Shown: piece by piece, positions 12,893-23,837 of the stretch
How positions within the stretch are numbered: position 1 is the first letter of the stretch
Layout of the letters: each line of letters begins with the position of its first letter
Source: Utricularia gibba
Lineage: Eukaryota > Plantae > Magnoliophyta
Length of the DNA stretch: 64,000 bases
Assembly: GCA_002189035.1 (NCBI GenBank)
Contig: CM007992.1
Location: forward strand, 2,914,001-2,978,000
Direction: 5' to 3'
Notes under the pieces: generated by a model
Seen by the model: the letters and a program-made list of their open reading frames with translations, nothing else
Database searches by the model: none
What the model was told of the DNA's origin: nothing
Position numbers and translations under genes: made by a program

Positions 12893-13130
12893 GGCCCAGA
12901 CTTCCCGCGTCTGCCGATTTTCCCTTCTGGCACAAGTAAAGGGCCTAGAAATGGCCCGTGAATTCTGGGCCTTCGTCCGCCATAACCCTTTCTCAAGAAA
13001 ACCTGGCCCAAGTCCACGCCACGGGCCGGTAATTAATTTATTTTTTATGATACAATAAATAATATATATATATATATATATATATATCGTTTGTAGGCCT
13101 GACGAGGCGTAGCCCGATAATATATGGGCC
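12893..13130. promoter_or_regulatory. Site II (TGGGCY) cluster upstream of ATP synthase epsilon
   Basis: GGCCCA/TGGGCC at 12893, 12966, 13004 and 13125. Site II/TCP elements are typical of plant OXPHOS gene promoters. Confidence 0.65.
13062..13087. repeat. (AT)13 microsatellite
   Basis: Direct read. Confidence 0.95.
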
Positions 13131-13768
13131 CTAAGCATATAAGTTTGCCTTACCTTACGGAGAAGCATCTATTCCTAAAATATCAATTTGTTCAGTATTA
13201 AATCAGAGTGAGATTAATTTATATAAAAATAAATAATTAAAAAATATTAGATTATCATATAAGTAATGATATGTTAAGAAACATTATTTATTATGTATTT
13301 AACGAAAATTTTTAAAATTAACTTTATATATAATATTAATAAAACATCCATAATTGATAATTGAAGAATTTTTTTTTGAAATAAAAAAAGTAATACTTAC
13401 TTTAATATCATATTATTAACTAAAATAATTGTATATTTTAATAAAATATATGATTAACAACTATTATTTAATATAAAAATACTTTAATGCACTACCACAC
13501 TAGACCTAAGTTGAGACCTCATTTTAAAAATGAATTATCTCCATTTCACCAACCCTAAAAATTAATCATCCGTAAGTTGATTCGAGCCGCTGGCAGTTCT
13601 GGTGTCAATTACCTGCCCCAAATAAACAGGCCTATTTGAAGAAAGAAAAAAGGAGTTTTTTTCTGGATTCCCCATGCTCGAGTTGTAGTATATCTCAGTA
13701 CCATGTCATTTGATAACTAGCTTATACCTCACTTCCTATTGCAGTAGTAAAGTAACAGCAAAAAAATA

Positions 13769-15904
13769 TCACTCATCGGGGTGGGCTGCTGCATCCATGA
13801 CCATCTCCTCCCCTCGAAGTTTCCATTCTGCGGAAAAAAAAGGATCACCCCACAGACAAACTCAGTTTCCTCTTTCTGGAATTTAAGCATACCTCCTCAG
13901 GTTTCGTGTGCATGGAAGTTGATCCCAGATGGGTTGTTTTTGACAGGTCCCTCAGAGTTCCCTGGTTGGTTACAATTTTAGTTCAGCTCACTAAGGAAAT
14001 GACTCCCTAACCAAAACTTCCTTTAGAAGTCCAATGTTTCTACAGGGATTCGGCTATTTGATACAGCCAAGGTTCTGGTACGTGTGGTGTTAAGGAAGAA
14101 AGAAATAAGCAAAGCTGCTGGAGTACCTTGTTAGCCCACATAAGTCCACATGCATTGCAAAGTGTCCTTGGTCCTTCTGGTCCACGTCGCATCATTGGAG
14201 TGAACTTCTCACTGATACCGCAATGCCTGCAGCTGAGAGATTCGTTGAAAGAAGTCAAGGCAGCTTCAATATACACTTCCAAGTCCTTGAATCCTTGATA
14301 ACCCAGAAGGGTGAGGTTTATAATAAGTGAAACCTTAAGTTAAGTCTTAACTTGAATAATTTTTGGTACTACTTCCAAAAAGTACCCAAGATGAAGGAAA
14401 CGCCAGGAAAATAATCAGTTTGCATCTTAGATTCTCATTAGTACCAAGAAGTACTCAAATATTTCCATCTTAGAACCTCATTAGTATAAATGAATAGCAC
14501 TTCAGTATTTCATGCTGGAATTGAAAGTTATTATACTTAAGCATTTTGCATAGAGTGCGGAGGTTTGTTCTTCTGCAAATTATAAAATCTGATTCTGTCA
14601 TGCTGTTCCACAAAACAAAGAAATACGTGTAACTCCAGACACAATCATTTTAAAAAACGTAGTTTGGAATTAAACTCACAAAGCATCTTGAGCCTGTGAT
14701 CCATTGACGTGATTTCCCCAACTTTGGCTTGACTCCCAACTCGAATCTACTGAGGCAGTTTCATCTTGTGTTGGCTTTGAGGACGTAAATTGACCTTTAT
14801 TCCTTTGCATCCTTTGCAAGCACAAAAGTCACAGGGAAGCCGAAAGGTTGGCATTAACTAATTAATAATACAAATAAAATACAGCAGGAAGAAAACCTCA
14901 AAGCTACTTCTTTACGAACAGTGTAGCGTATTTTCTTATCAAAGTTTCGTTCTTTACGCTTCTCACGAAACCTTATCAATGATGCCAATCTTTGGGGAAC
15001 ATTCAACTTTTGTGGTCTGTTTGAAAGCACCTGCCAAAAAGTTTCGTTAATTAGCAGAAAATGAATTAAACTTGAACAATAACCATAAAGATGAAGCATA
15101 CTCTGTTCGATGACATAGACATTGGCGCTGCAGGAATGCTAGGTGGTACCTCACGACCTCCTAACAGTAGTAGCACTGCTTGAACCTTGATGAAATATTC
15201 ACAGTATAGTTCATCAGGGAAAAAAGTATTATAACACCAGAAATTGAGATTATTAATCAACAACACGGAAGTAATTCAACAAATAAATGCTTAAATATCT
15301 CAGTGTCACAGTAAAGATAATGGTACCCCATTTTCTAGTCTCAATATAAACAATTTCGACCCTTTCCATCAAACTTTACAGAAAAGTACGTTGAGTAGTG
15401 ACGGGTTCTTTCTTAATATTACAGTTGATAATACGTGCTATAAGAGTTTACAAAAACCATTGAAAAGAAAAATTCGGAAAGCGTGACGCTTTATCATAAC
15501 ACTAAAAAAATGGGCATTTGGTAGGATATATGGTGAAATAAAGGTAAAGTTCTTTCATCCAAAAGTAGTACACCGTATAATACAAAAGGGATAAACTGAG
15601 TTAGAATACGAACCTTTTCTGGGGAGACAGAATCAAAAACATAAACTTGCCCGTGGAATGTTAGAGTTAACTGGTTACTGCCGTCACCACCAGCTACATG
15701 AGGCACCATTGAACCCTGGGTATCAGATTGATTCCCTAATTCCCCAACAGCATCTGCATCCACTGTATCATCAACAGTACCTCTGCCACCAATGCCAATA
15801 TTCCCATCATCACCATCATTCACATTCCGTCCACTAATATGGTGATGTAATTCCTCTTCCAAGTAATTGGACATCCCGGGCTCATTCACATGAATCACGT
15901 TCAT
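13769..15904 (-). CDS. ZML1/ZML2: ZIM-like GATA transcription factor (TIFY + CCT + C-X2-C-X20-C-X2-C), 7 coding exons
   Basis: [20 protein letters not shown]|[12 protein letters not shown] (TIFY); [32 protein letters not shown] (CCT); [35 protein letters not shown]|GTLRDLSK (GATA). The last exon needs +1 G at 13810-13813 to read [19 protein letters not shown]. Confidence 0.93.
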
Positions 15905-16544
15905 CCTTACTCAACAGCATAAAACGCTAAACAAACAAACTCTCAATCTCCCACAAATCCAATAATTCGTCCGAGAACGGATTTCCACTTCACAATAGCA
16001 TCAACAACGCATCCCCCATAACTAGACAACACAAGAAACAGTATTCAGGAAAATACTTGCGAAAACAAAGCAACTACACTGCACAGCGAGCTGAGAAAGT
16101 GGGCGAAGCAAATTGAAAAATCAGGGGACTCATGAACCGTCACACATGAACGAGGACCTGTAAAGTCGGAGAAGGGACAGTTGAGATCGAGAATGGGAAA
16201 ATGAAGGGCGAGATTGGAGGAATTGGGTGAAGAAGAAGATGATGAACGTGTGGGCGGATTTGGGGAATTCTAGGGCTCGTTTACTTCGCTTGGGGGCCAA
16301 TCAGCATTTACAATTTTGCCGTGGTCACCAAAATTGGTAAAATTAAGAAATAAAGAACTCGGCCTTAAAAAATCAAGATGCCATAAAAGTAATCCCAATA
16401 ATGGGCCCACTGTTGGACACGCCATCCTCACCTATTGTCTAGTCTCCGTACCGCTATTATTTTTAATAATGACGATTAATTCACATTATACCAATGCTTA
16501 AAATTACGGAAGTCAGAGGTCTAAAACTATTTGTTTTCTAATTA

Positions 16545-16847
16545 TAGAGGTGGACACGTGTCCTATTCGAATCACCATAAAAATTACAATCTAATCATTA
16601 CATAATTTATATATTGAACTTGATTCATAAGTTCTAAATTTAACTAATTTAACTATCTAATTCATTTACTAAAAAACATATTTTTTTATATCGTTGGGCT
16701 ACGTTTTAAACCCAATTTATCTAATTCATCGAATTTACCAATACCTATATACTATGTACATGCTCCATACCCGTTTTTTACAATTACGGGTATTAGGCCC
16801 GACCCATGACAAATATACAAGTTGATTGATATTCATATCTGCCTCTA
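16545..16847. mobile_element. hAT-like MITE (303 bp) with flanking 10-bp direct repeat
   Basis: TIR TAGAGGTGGACAC ... ATATCTGCCTCTA. TTTCTAATTA occurs at 16535-16544 and 16848-16857. Confidence 0.7.
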
Positions 16848-16882
16848 TTTCTAATTATAAGAGGGTCCAAAATCCATCAAAT

Positions 16883-16980
16883 TGGGCCATGGGCCCATAA
16901 AGGCTCAAATAACTAACTTGGGCTCCATCAATCATCACATCACATTCGAGCCCTAGCCTTGCCTCTATTTAAATGTATAA
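16883..16980 (+). promoter_or_regulatory. Site II / telo-like / TATA promoter of a putative snoRNA host transcript
   Basis: TGGGCC at 16883 and 16890, TGGGCT at 16919, AGCCCTAG (telo-box-like) at 16949, TATTTAAA at 16966, then a CT-rich initiator-like tract. This architecture is typical of plant snoRNA cluster promoters. Confidence 0.6.
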
Positions 16981-17126
16981 ACCTTTTCTCGCCTTCTCCA
17001 CCGCCTTTACTTCGGATCTGAGCCGCTGCTCTGGTACCGCGGCGGCGGATTCTACGAAGAACCGCAATTTCAATCTGAAACTATTCGAGATCCACTCGTT
17101 GGAGTCGAATGGTGACGAACGATGGA

Positions 17127-17216
17127 ACTTTAATGATGCTTACCCGAATTCTGGGTGGGTTGCTTCTCTTCTCTTCAATATCTCGGTCTTTGACTTGAGC
17201 CCTGGCTTCTGAAAAT
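17127..17216 (+). ncRNA. Candidate box C/D snoRNA (unassigned)
   Basis: C-like ATGATGC at 17133-17139, D box CTGA at 17209-17212, only a 3-bp TTT/AAA terminal stem. Lies directly upstream of a canonical snoRNA. No convincing target identified. Confidence 0.35.
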
Positions 17217-17230
17217 GCTTTAGCCACTGG

Positions 17231-17320
17231 TGAAGCCTATGATGATAGTTCTTAATCTCTACGAAGTGCACTCTGTGCACTGTGTTGATTGCTTATGAAC
17301 TAGGACGGACTGAGGCTTCA
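17231..17320 (+). ncRNA. snoR20: Box C/D snoRNA, snoR20-like (18S rRNA 2'-O-methylation guide)
   Basis: C box ATGATGA 17239-17245; D box CTGA 17310-17313; 7-bp terminal stem TGAAGCC/GGCTTCA; internal AGTGCAC/GTGCACT stem followed by C'-like TTGATTG. The guide ACTAGGACGG is complementary to plant 18S ACCGUCCUAGU (recalled sequence). The D+5 rule gives the U of CCGU*CC (Um1010 of Arabidopsis, as I recall). Confidence 0.8.
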
Positions 17321-19255
17321 GAGATATAATTCCAAGTTTTTCACTCTTCTCATTTCATCAAACCAACACGCAAAACCTCGTGTGGTACAATTGGATGAGT
17401 TTAATCTGTTTTAATTTTTTTAAAAATTTAAAGATGCTTGGCGGGGTGTAATGGAAAAATTTATTTCTAACCTTTTTATCAAAATTCCTCTTGCAAAAAT
17501 TTCATAGTGAAATAATTGTATTTTTTTTTATCAAAATGCTCATTTTTATGTATTTTTTTGTTGAATGAATTTATTTTTGTATATTATATAGTATAGTATT
17601 TTATATAATAACTAAGTAATTGTATTCATAATGATTTAAATACAAATTTAAATATATAATTCTATACAAATTGTAAATAAATAAAATTTAATAAATTGTA
17701 TTCATTTTGTATATTCTAAGTATTTAAAATTTTTGAGCCATCGTGCAATCTAGTCTAAATTTCACTAACCTTGAATAAAGACCACAAATGATATATCATA
17801 TAATGTTATATGTGATGTAACAGATGCAATCAATACCACAAATGATATATTTAATAACTTGTAGTTATATTTAATGTATAATTGTGTTTCATCTATTTAT
17901 ATCATATAATGTTTGTAACATGTGATGTAAGGTTCTAACGGCTAAAAAATCTAATATAATAGATGTTTCTCATGTGTTCAATGAATATTGTTGAATGAAT
18001 TAAAACATTTCAAACAATATCTAGGCAACTTAGGTATTGATTGGTTATATGTATCATAAATCAATTCATACATTTGTAATAAATATATTATATCTTTTAA
18101 TACTATATATTAAATTTAAATTTAATTTCAATGAAAATGTAATGTTGATGTCTTAACCAAGCTACAAGCTAAAATGTACTTCATCAAATTCATGTGTGAA
18201 ATTGCAAAAGTACCGTATACATACTAGATATGAGACTATATTAACTTCGTGATATTTCATACATTATTATATTTATAATATATTTTTCAAAGACAGTATA
18301 ATCTATGTTAAAATTATTTATGATAAATTAACTTATAGCAAGGATTGCTATTAACTTACACATCAAATTATCACCTTGTGATGAAGACCAAGAATTGGTA
18401 AGATGACAATAACCTCAGGCTTCATCAACAATGTGAACACACAATGCATTTTCATGGTGCGTGCATTTTCCTGCTGCATAGATAAGTTCTGCATATCTAG
18501 TTCATATTACTTTAATTATTCGCTCTCATGGTCAACTAATGGCACTATGTTGTCATCTTTCCAAATTGTCTTATATCGATTCGCTACTTATGGAGAGTGA
18601 ATTATCACAATTATTTATGGTGAAGAAAGTAATCGTGGATAATAGAGAAAATTAATTCTACCAATCATGAAAGCTATTAGGATTATATCGATGATTAGTT
18701 TCATCATAAAGAACACTCAAACTAGCCAAAATTCCAAATTTTATGTAATAAGTGCAAAAAGTAGGAACACAAAAAATAAGTACACACATACTCGAAGAAA
18801 CATCTATTCAAATCATAATATTTGATGATATTACTAAGAAAACTATATTCTTAAAGATATTACAATCCAAGTATTTTAAAATTAACTATAGTTCTATATT
18901 TTCTGATATTACCTGAAAGTTCACTATCGATTTATATACCATCAACATATCAACACTAGATTTAATATTATTAGGATAGAATAGAAATCATAGTGTTAGA
19001 TCATTTGAAAACACCATATAATTAGATATTTGTGCATTCACTTCGATTTACTTAGAAAAACACCAACAAAAATAACCACATTCAATATTAATTTTTGACT
19101 TACTGCAAGCAAAGAGTTGAAAAAAACACACAAAGGGAGAAAGGTGCGTTTCATCCGCAAGTGTTGGATACACGATAGCTACACTTCTCATACAAAGGAA
19201 ATATCCTACACAACGATAAAAATCCCAGGTAAAAGGAGCCGTATTACCTCGTAAG

Positions 19256-22200
19256 TCACTGATAGTACATGAGCTGCTGGCCAGTTACATTCTGGAAACT
19301 ACCGTCATAAATAGCCTGGCTTGCACCAGAGGCTCCCATTCCAAGAGATGAAGCTTGCTTAAGAGCAAGCTGCCCCTGCGGGTTCATGAGGGCATTGATG
19401 CCTCCCATCTTCATTATGCCAAGCTGCTGCTCGTAGACGAGAAGATCAGTTGCATGCAGTGATGGGGGCATTGGGGTGGCAGGGGGTTTGAGGCCGTCCC
19501 AGGAGGAGTCGGCTTGTTTCCCCATGAACACTGCACAGAGTTGAGAAGAACAGAATCCCTATTGAACGTTGCTTCAAAACCTGAAGACACCAAATGGTGG
19601 ACAGAAGATGCACGTACCTTCATCTGTTTCCCACAAAGAAAAGATGCAGTATTTCCCAGTGTTATGGCCATGGCAGCCTCAGCGTGAGTGCTGTACCTCA
19701 CAAATCCAAACCCCTTGTCACGCTGAACCCGGACTTCTTCAATTGATCCAGCACCAAGACCATGGAAATGGCGGTGAAGGTCAACTTGGGTCACCTGGGA
19801 GAGTAAGGAGGAAGGATTAAGGCTTAACAGCATGCTTTTGGGCAAAATAATAATAGTAATATTCATTGGGTGTTCAGCGGAGCCGCCACATCATTTGAGT
19901 AGATGAGGAATAAATGGTGTGAGGGTCCACCTCAGGAGCAAGATTCCCAACGTAGACTGTGGTATACTGAGGGTTGTTCTCAGGAGCATCGGTGCTTGGT
20001 GCCTCTTTTACATTCTCTGCAACAGAAATGTCCGTATCATCATCACCAGTATAATTGCTCCAGGTAAATGTTAAGCCCACTGAACAACGGCCAAAATCTA
20101 TTTTCTTCTAAAACAAGTCAAAATAAAGCATTTTGCACAAGATCAGCAGCTGCACGTACACTAACAACATATTTAGGGTTTTGCACAATATAAAATAAAA
20201 TTCAAACCGTTCACTATTGAATGAAACAACATCGTGCAAAACACTAAAATGCTATTTTCATTCGAATTAAATCCACAATTTTATTTAACAAAAGAACAGA
20301 AGGGAGGATGCTACGTTCAACAAGAAAGCTAGATGAATGAGCCATCTAAGAGTTACATTGCCAGATTGTGTTTAAGAACATATGAGATTTGTAAATCAAT
20401 ACTAAGCTGCTGTTTAAGAGTCAAAACCTGATGATGCAATCGCAAGTTCTGCAGTACTCTTAGAATCTGATGTCTGCTTCTCATCGCTGCTCCCAGCACC
20501 CTTTGCTGCCCAGTTGCAGCGTATCTGTCTGCTTCCAAGCCATTTCCCTGGGAGTTTTCATTCCATTTAAAATGGTAACACCAGATCCATAGAAGAAATG
20601 AATCACATTATTAAAAAATACATCCCAAAAAAAGGACAGAAAAGTGTCACCAGTCAAGTCATTGATTGCACTTTGAGCATCCTGAGAATCAGTACAAAAA
20701 TGGCTTAATGGTGGTTAAAATCTTTAGCGAAGATGAGTGAAAAATATCAGTGTCACGAAGGCAATGACATAAACCTGCTGGCTTCGGAAGGACACAAATC
20801 CAAACCCTCTGGAACGTCCAGTCTTCTGATCCCACATAACCCTAGCATCACTACGCATAAAAAATGAACTTTGAGCAACGGTGAAGTATACAATAAAGTT
20901 TCACACGGTTTTGCTGATGACCAATTTAAGAATGGAGAGACAGAAGAATGGTTCATGATATTTAGTGAAAGCGGTTGACATAGGGCAAAAAGTGCTTACG
21001 AGCAACTGGGGTAAACAGAAAAGCACGCAAATAACATAGCATCTGTAACCTCTGGGCTGAGGTCACCCACGAAAATGTTGAAGTGGCCTTCAAAAGAAAC
21101 GAAGAAGTTCCATGAAGCACATTGTCACAAACATCACGGTAACAGCCATGATTCATTCCCACTAGATGATAATTTTAAAAAAAAAGACACGGATATATCA
21201 TAAGGTCATACCCATAACTGAATCTACACTAGCAAATAGCAAATCATGTTTCAAAAAGAATGCGAAGTGTTTGTTAGCTCACTTGATGTATCCTCCCTCT
21301 GACCACTGGCATATGCCCAGTTAACTTTAATTGGCTGACCAAACCTGAAATAGAGTACATTATTAAGTTTAAAGTCTGGGTGAGATGCTGATAATAATAA
21401 AAAAAAAAAGGATAGCATAACCAAAACATACAAGTGCCGGCCATTAAGGGTCAATATCGCAAGAGCAGCAGATCTACGATCAAAGTAATGAACGAATCCA
21501 AATGATGACTGATCAGAAAAGAAATGAAAAGTGAGTATATGCTCAAGAAAAACGACCTAATCTTCATGTTTGATTAACAGAAAACAAACTCCTGGAACAG
21601 CACCTTTTCTTTTCTTATCAGTTTACAGGCCTCCACCAGACCAGTACTCGCAAAAACTTCCTGAAGAAGAGGTTCTGTCACCTGAACATGTATGTTGCCC
21701 ACATACCTGAAATTTTCTCAAGAATAAAAAGGCCTAGAAGTTGGAAAAGAGAAACAAATAAAAAAGAAGGCCAAGTGAGAGTCTTTCCAAGACGATAGGA
21801 CGATTAAAGATCTCTACAGAATCATCAAAAGTCACATATATTGAAAAAAAAAAGTTTATGAAACAATGAATGGAGCAATTAAAGAGCTATTAATAAAAAA
21901 AACAGCATTTATGCAATCCACAAGCAACTCAAAGAGAAGCAAACAAAAAAAATATTCTGTAATTTTTATTTTTGGAAACAGAACTCACACGCTGCGGCAT
22001 GTGCTTGGATCAAACCCAGGTGGCAGATTTCCACTAGGAATTGGTTCAATCTACAAAAAGAAGGGAATGACAAAAGAAAAATAAACAAAAAAGTTCCAAT
22101 AAGAACCAAACTCACTAATATGAAAGAAGAAAAATATTTGATCAAAGAAAAATTTCCCACAGCATAACACACAATACGAGCAAGAATAAAAGAACTGACA

Positions 22201-22645
22201 CGAAATTCTTCTTTAGCAGGCATGACGAGGATGCAAATGAGAACAATAGCTGTTCCGTCTACACACTGTTGAAAAGTACACAGAAAAAAAAAACAAAAAA
22301 CTCCTACGAACAAACATATTTCTCCCACACCCACAATTAGGCCCCTGCGTATTTCTTAAACGGAATGAAAATCCAATCGAAACAAAATAAGAAAATCCCA
22401 ATTTTAACAGCTCCAAAAAAAAAAAAAAAACAAAACAAGACCCCAAAATAGGGAAAAACTCAAAAGAAACAATCAAAATTAAAAACCAACCGATCATATA
22501 TTCAGCCGAAGGGGCGTTCAAATTCATGAGAAATACGGACCTGGGGAGGAGCCAAAAGACCAGGATGATACAGCGACTGCTGCTGGAGGAGAGCTTGCTG
22601 CATCAAAGCCTGATGCTGCTGCTGTTTGAGTCTCTGATTCTCCAT
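19256..22645 (-). CDS. UBP1: Oligouridylate-binding protein 1 (TIA-1-like, 3 RRMs)
   Basis: [35 protein letters not shown]| start; RRM1 [19 protein letters not shown]; [19 protein letters not shown]; RRM3 [11 protein letters not shown]|[10 protein letters not shown]...KGFGFVRY; ends QQLMYYQ*. Needs +1 at 19473-19476. Confidence 0.93.
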
Positions 22646-22717
22646 TCAGGACTAAATTAACCAGAAAAGAAAAAAGGATAAATGCACGCGAAGATCGTGA
22701 ACGATCTTCAAAATCGT

Positions 22718-23040
22718 TAGGGTTTGTAGTGCGAAAGGGGAAGCCACAAAAACGAACGAAAAAGGAAAAAAGAAAAAAAAGGCAAAGAAAAAAAAGAAAG
22801 AAAACGAAAAAACGACCACAGTGAGATGAGGAAAATTATTACCGCTGAAGCTATTTATAGCAGAGCGTTTACCGGGTCGTACCTCCTGCTGCAGGTTCCT
22901 TAGTTTGGGCTCTTGTTGAGCCCATCTTGGAAGAGTCCTTTTCTGAGTCTACTTCAGCTCACTCCTTCATTGTGTACGGCCGAGAATACCATATTGTGGG
23001 CTTTCTAGCCCAATATTGGTCTGCTGTAATTGGGCCCAAT
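22718..23040 (-). promoter_or_regulatory. Telo-box plus site II cluster of UBP1
   Basis: TAGGGTTT (AAACCCTA on the - strand) at 22718-22725 in the 5' leader. Several TGGGCY/RGCCCA copies at ~22906-23040. Confidence 0.55.
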
Positions 23041-23565
23041 AGCTCATACATAGGAAGAATGACAAATATTAAAATAATTAATTATAAAATGGAGCCATTA
23101 GGTTTGAAATGTGATAGAAAAAAGAGAGTTTATTATATTTAACCATGAGCTTTGATAGGTTTTTTAATTAGTATAGATATATCAAGGTTAATTTAATTAA
23201 ACCCAAATATTATTTTTAGCTTTTAAGATATGTTTTGTATAGTATCGTAGTGTTTTATCATTAAATTGTATAAAAAAAGTGTTTTACCATAAGTTTAAAA
23301 AATAATTACCTCATTTCCTTCAAAACCCTAGTTATATATACTTACAAATCATAACAATTATAGTAATAAAATTCATTGAAACAAAAAATTACCAGTAGAT
23401 AAATTTTACTTTTGAATTCATGATGATAAAAATAAATTTTAAATGAAAAAGAGAAAAAAAAAATATCTAAACATGAACTATAAATTAAGTTGATTTAAGG
23501 GTTTGAGTGTGATTGGAGAATTATTTTAAAGATATAAAAATTAAGACAGTGAATGATAGATACTA

Positions 23566-23837
23566 CATATGTTTGGTAAGTATAGTTTTTAATTCATAGT
23601 TATTTTTAAAATAATTATAAAATATTTCACACTAGATATTTCAAAACTCACCTTATTATTAAACAAATTACGTTTAAAAACATAAAGTTATGTTAATTAT
23701 CTCAAAGTATATATTTTAAATACACGTATAAACAATCTATATACTAAACAAATTTTAAATTTTAACAACATGATACGTATGTATTTAAACACAAATAATC
23801 GAATAGTTATTAATTAAACTATCTTACCAAACATCTC
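23566..23837. mobile_element. Tourist-like MITE
   Basis: TIR ATGTTTGGTAAGTATAGTTTTTAATT vs AATTAAACTATCTTACCAAACAT. Confidence 0.65.

Noticed and set aside
12449-13168. 239-aa ORF as one protein
   Set aside because: Only 12814-12631 is real (ATP synthase epsilon exon 1). The rest is promoter, (AT)n and intron read-through.
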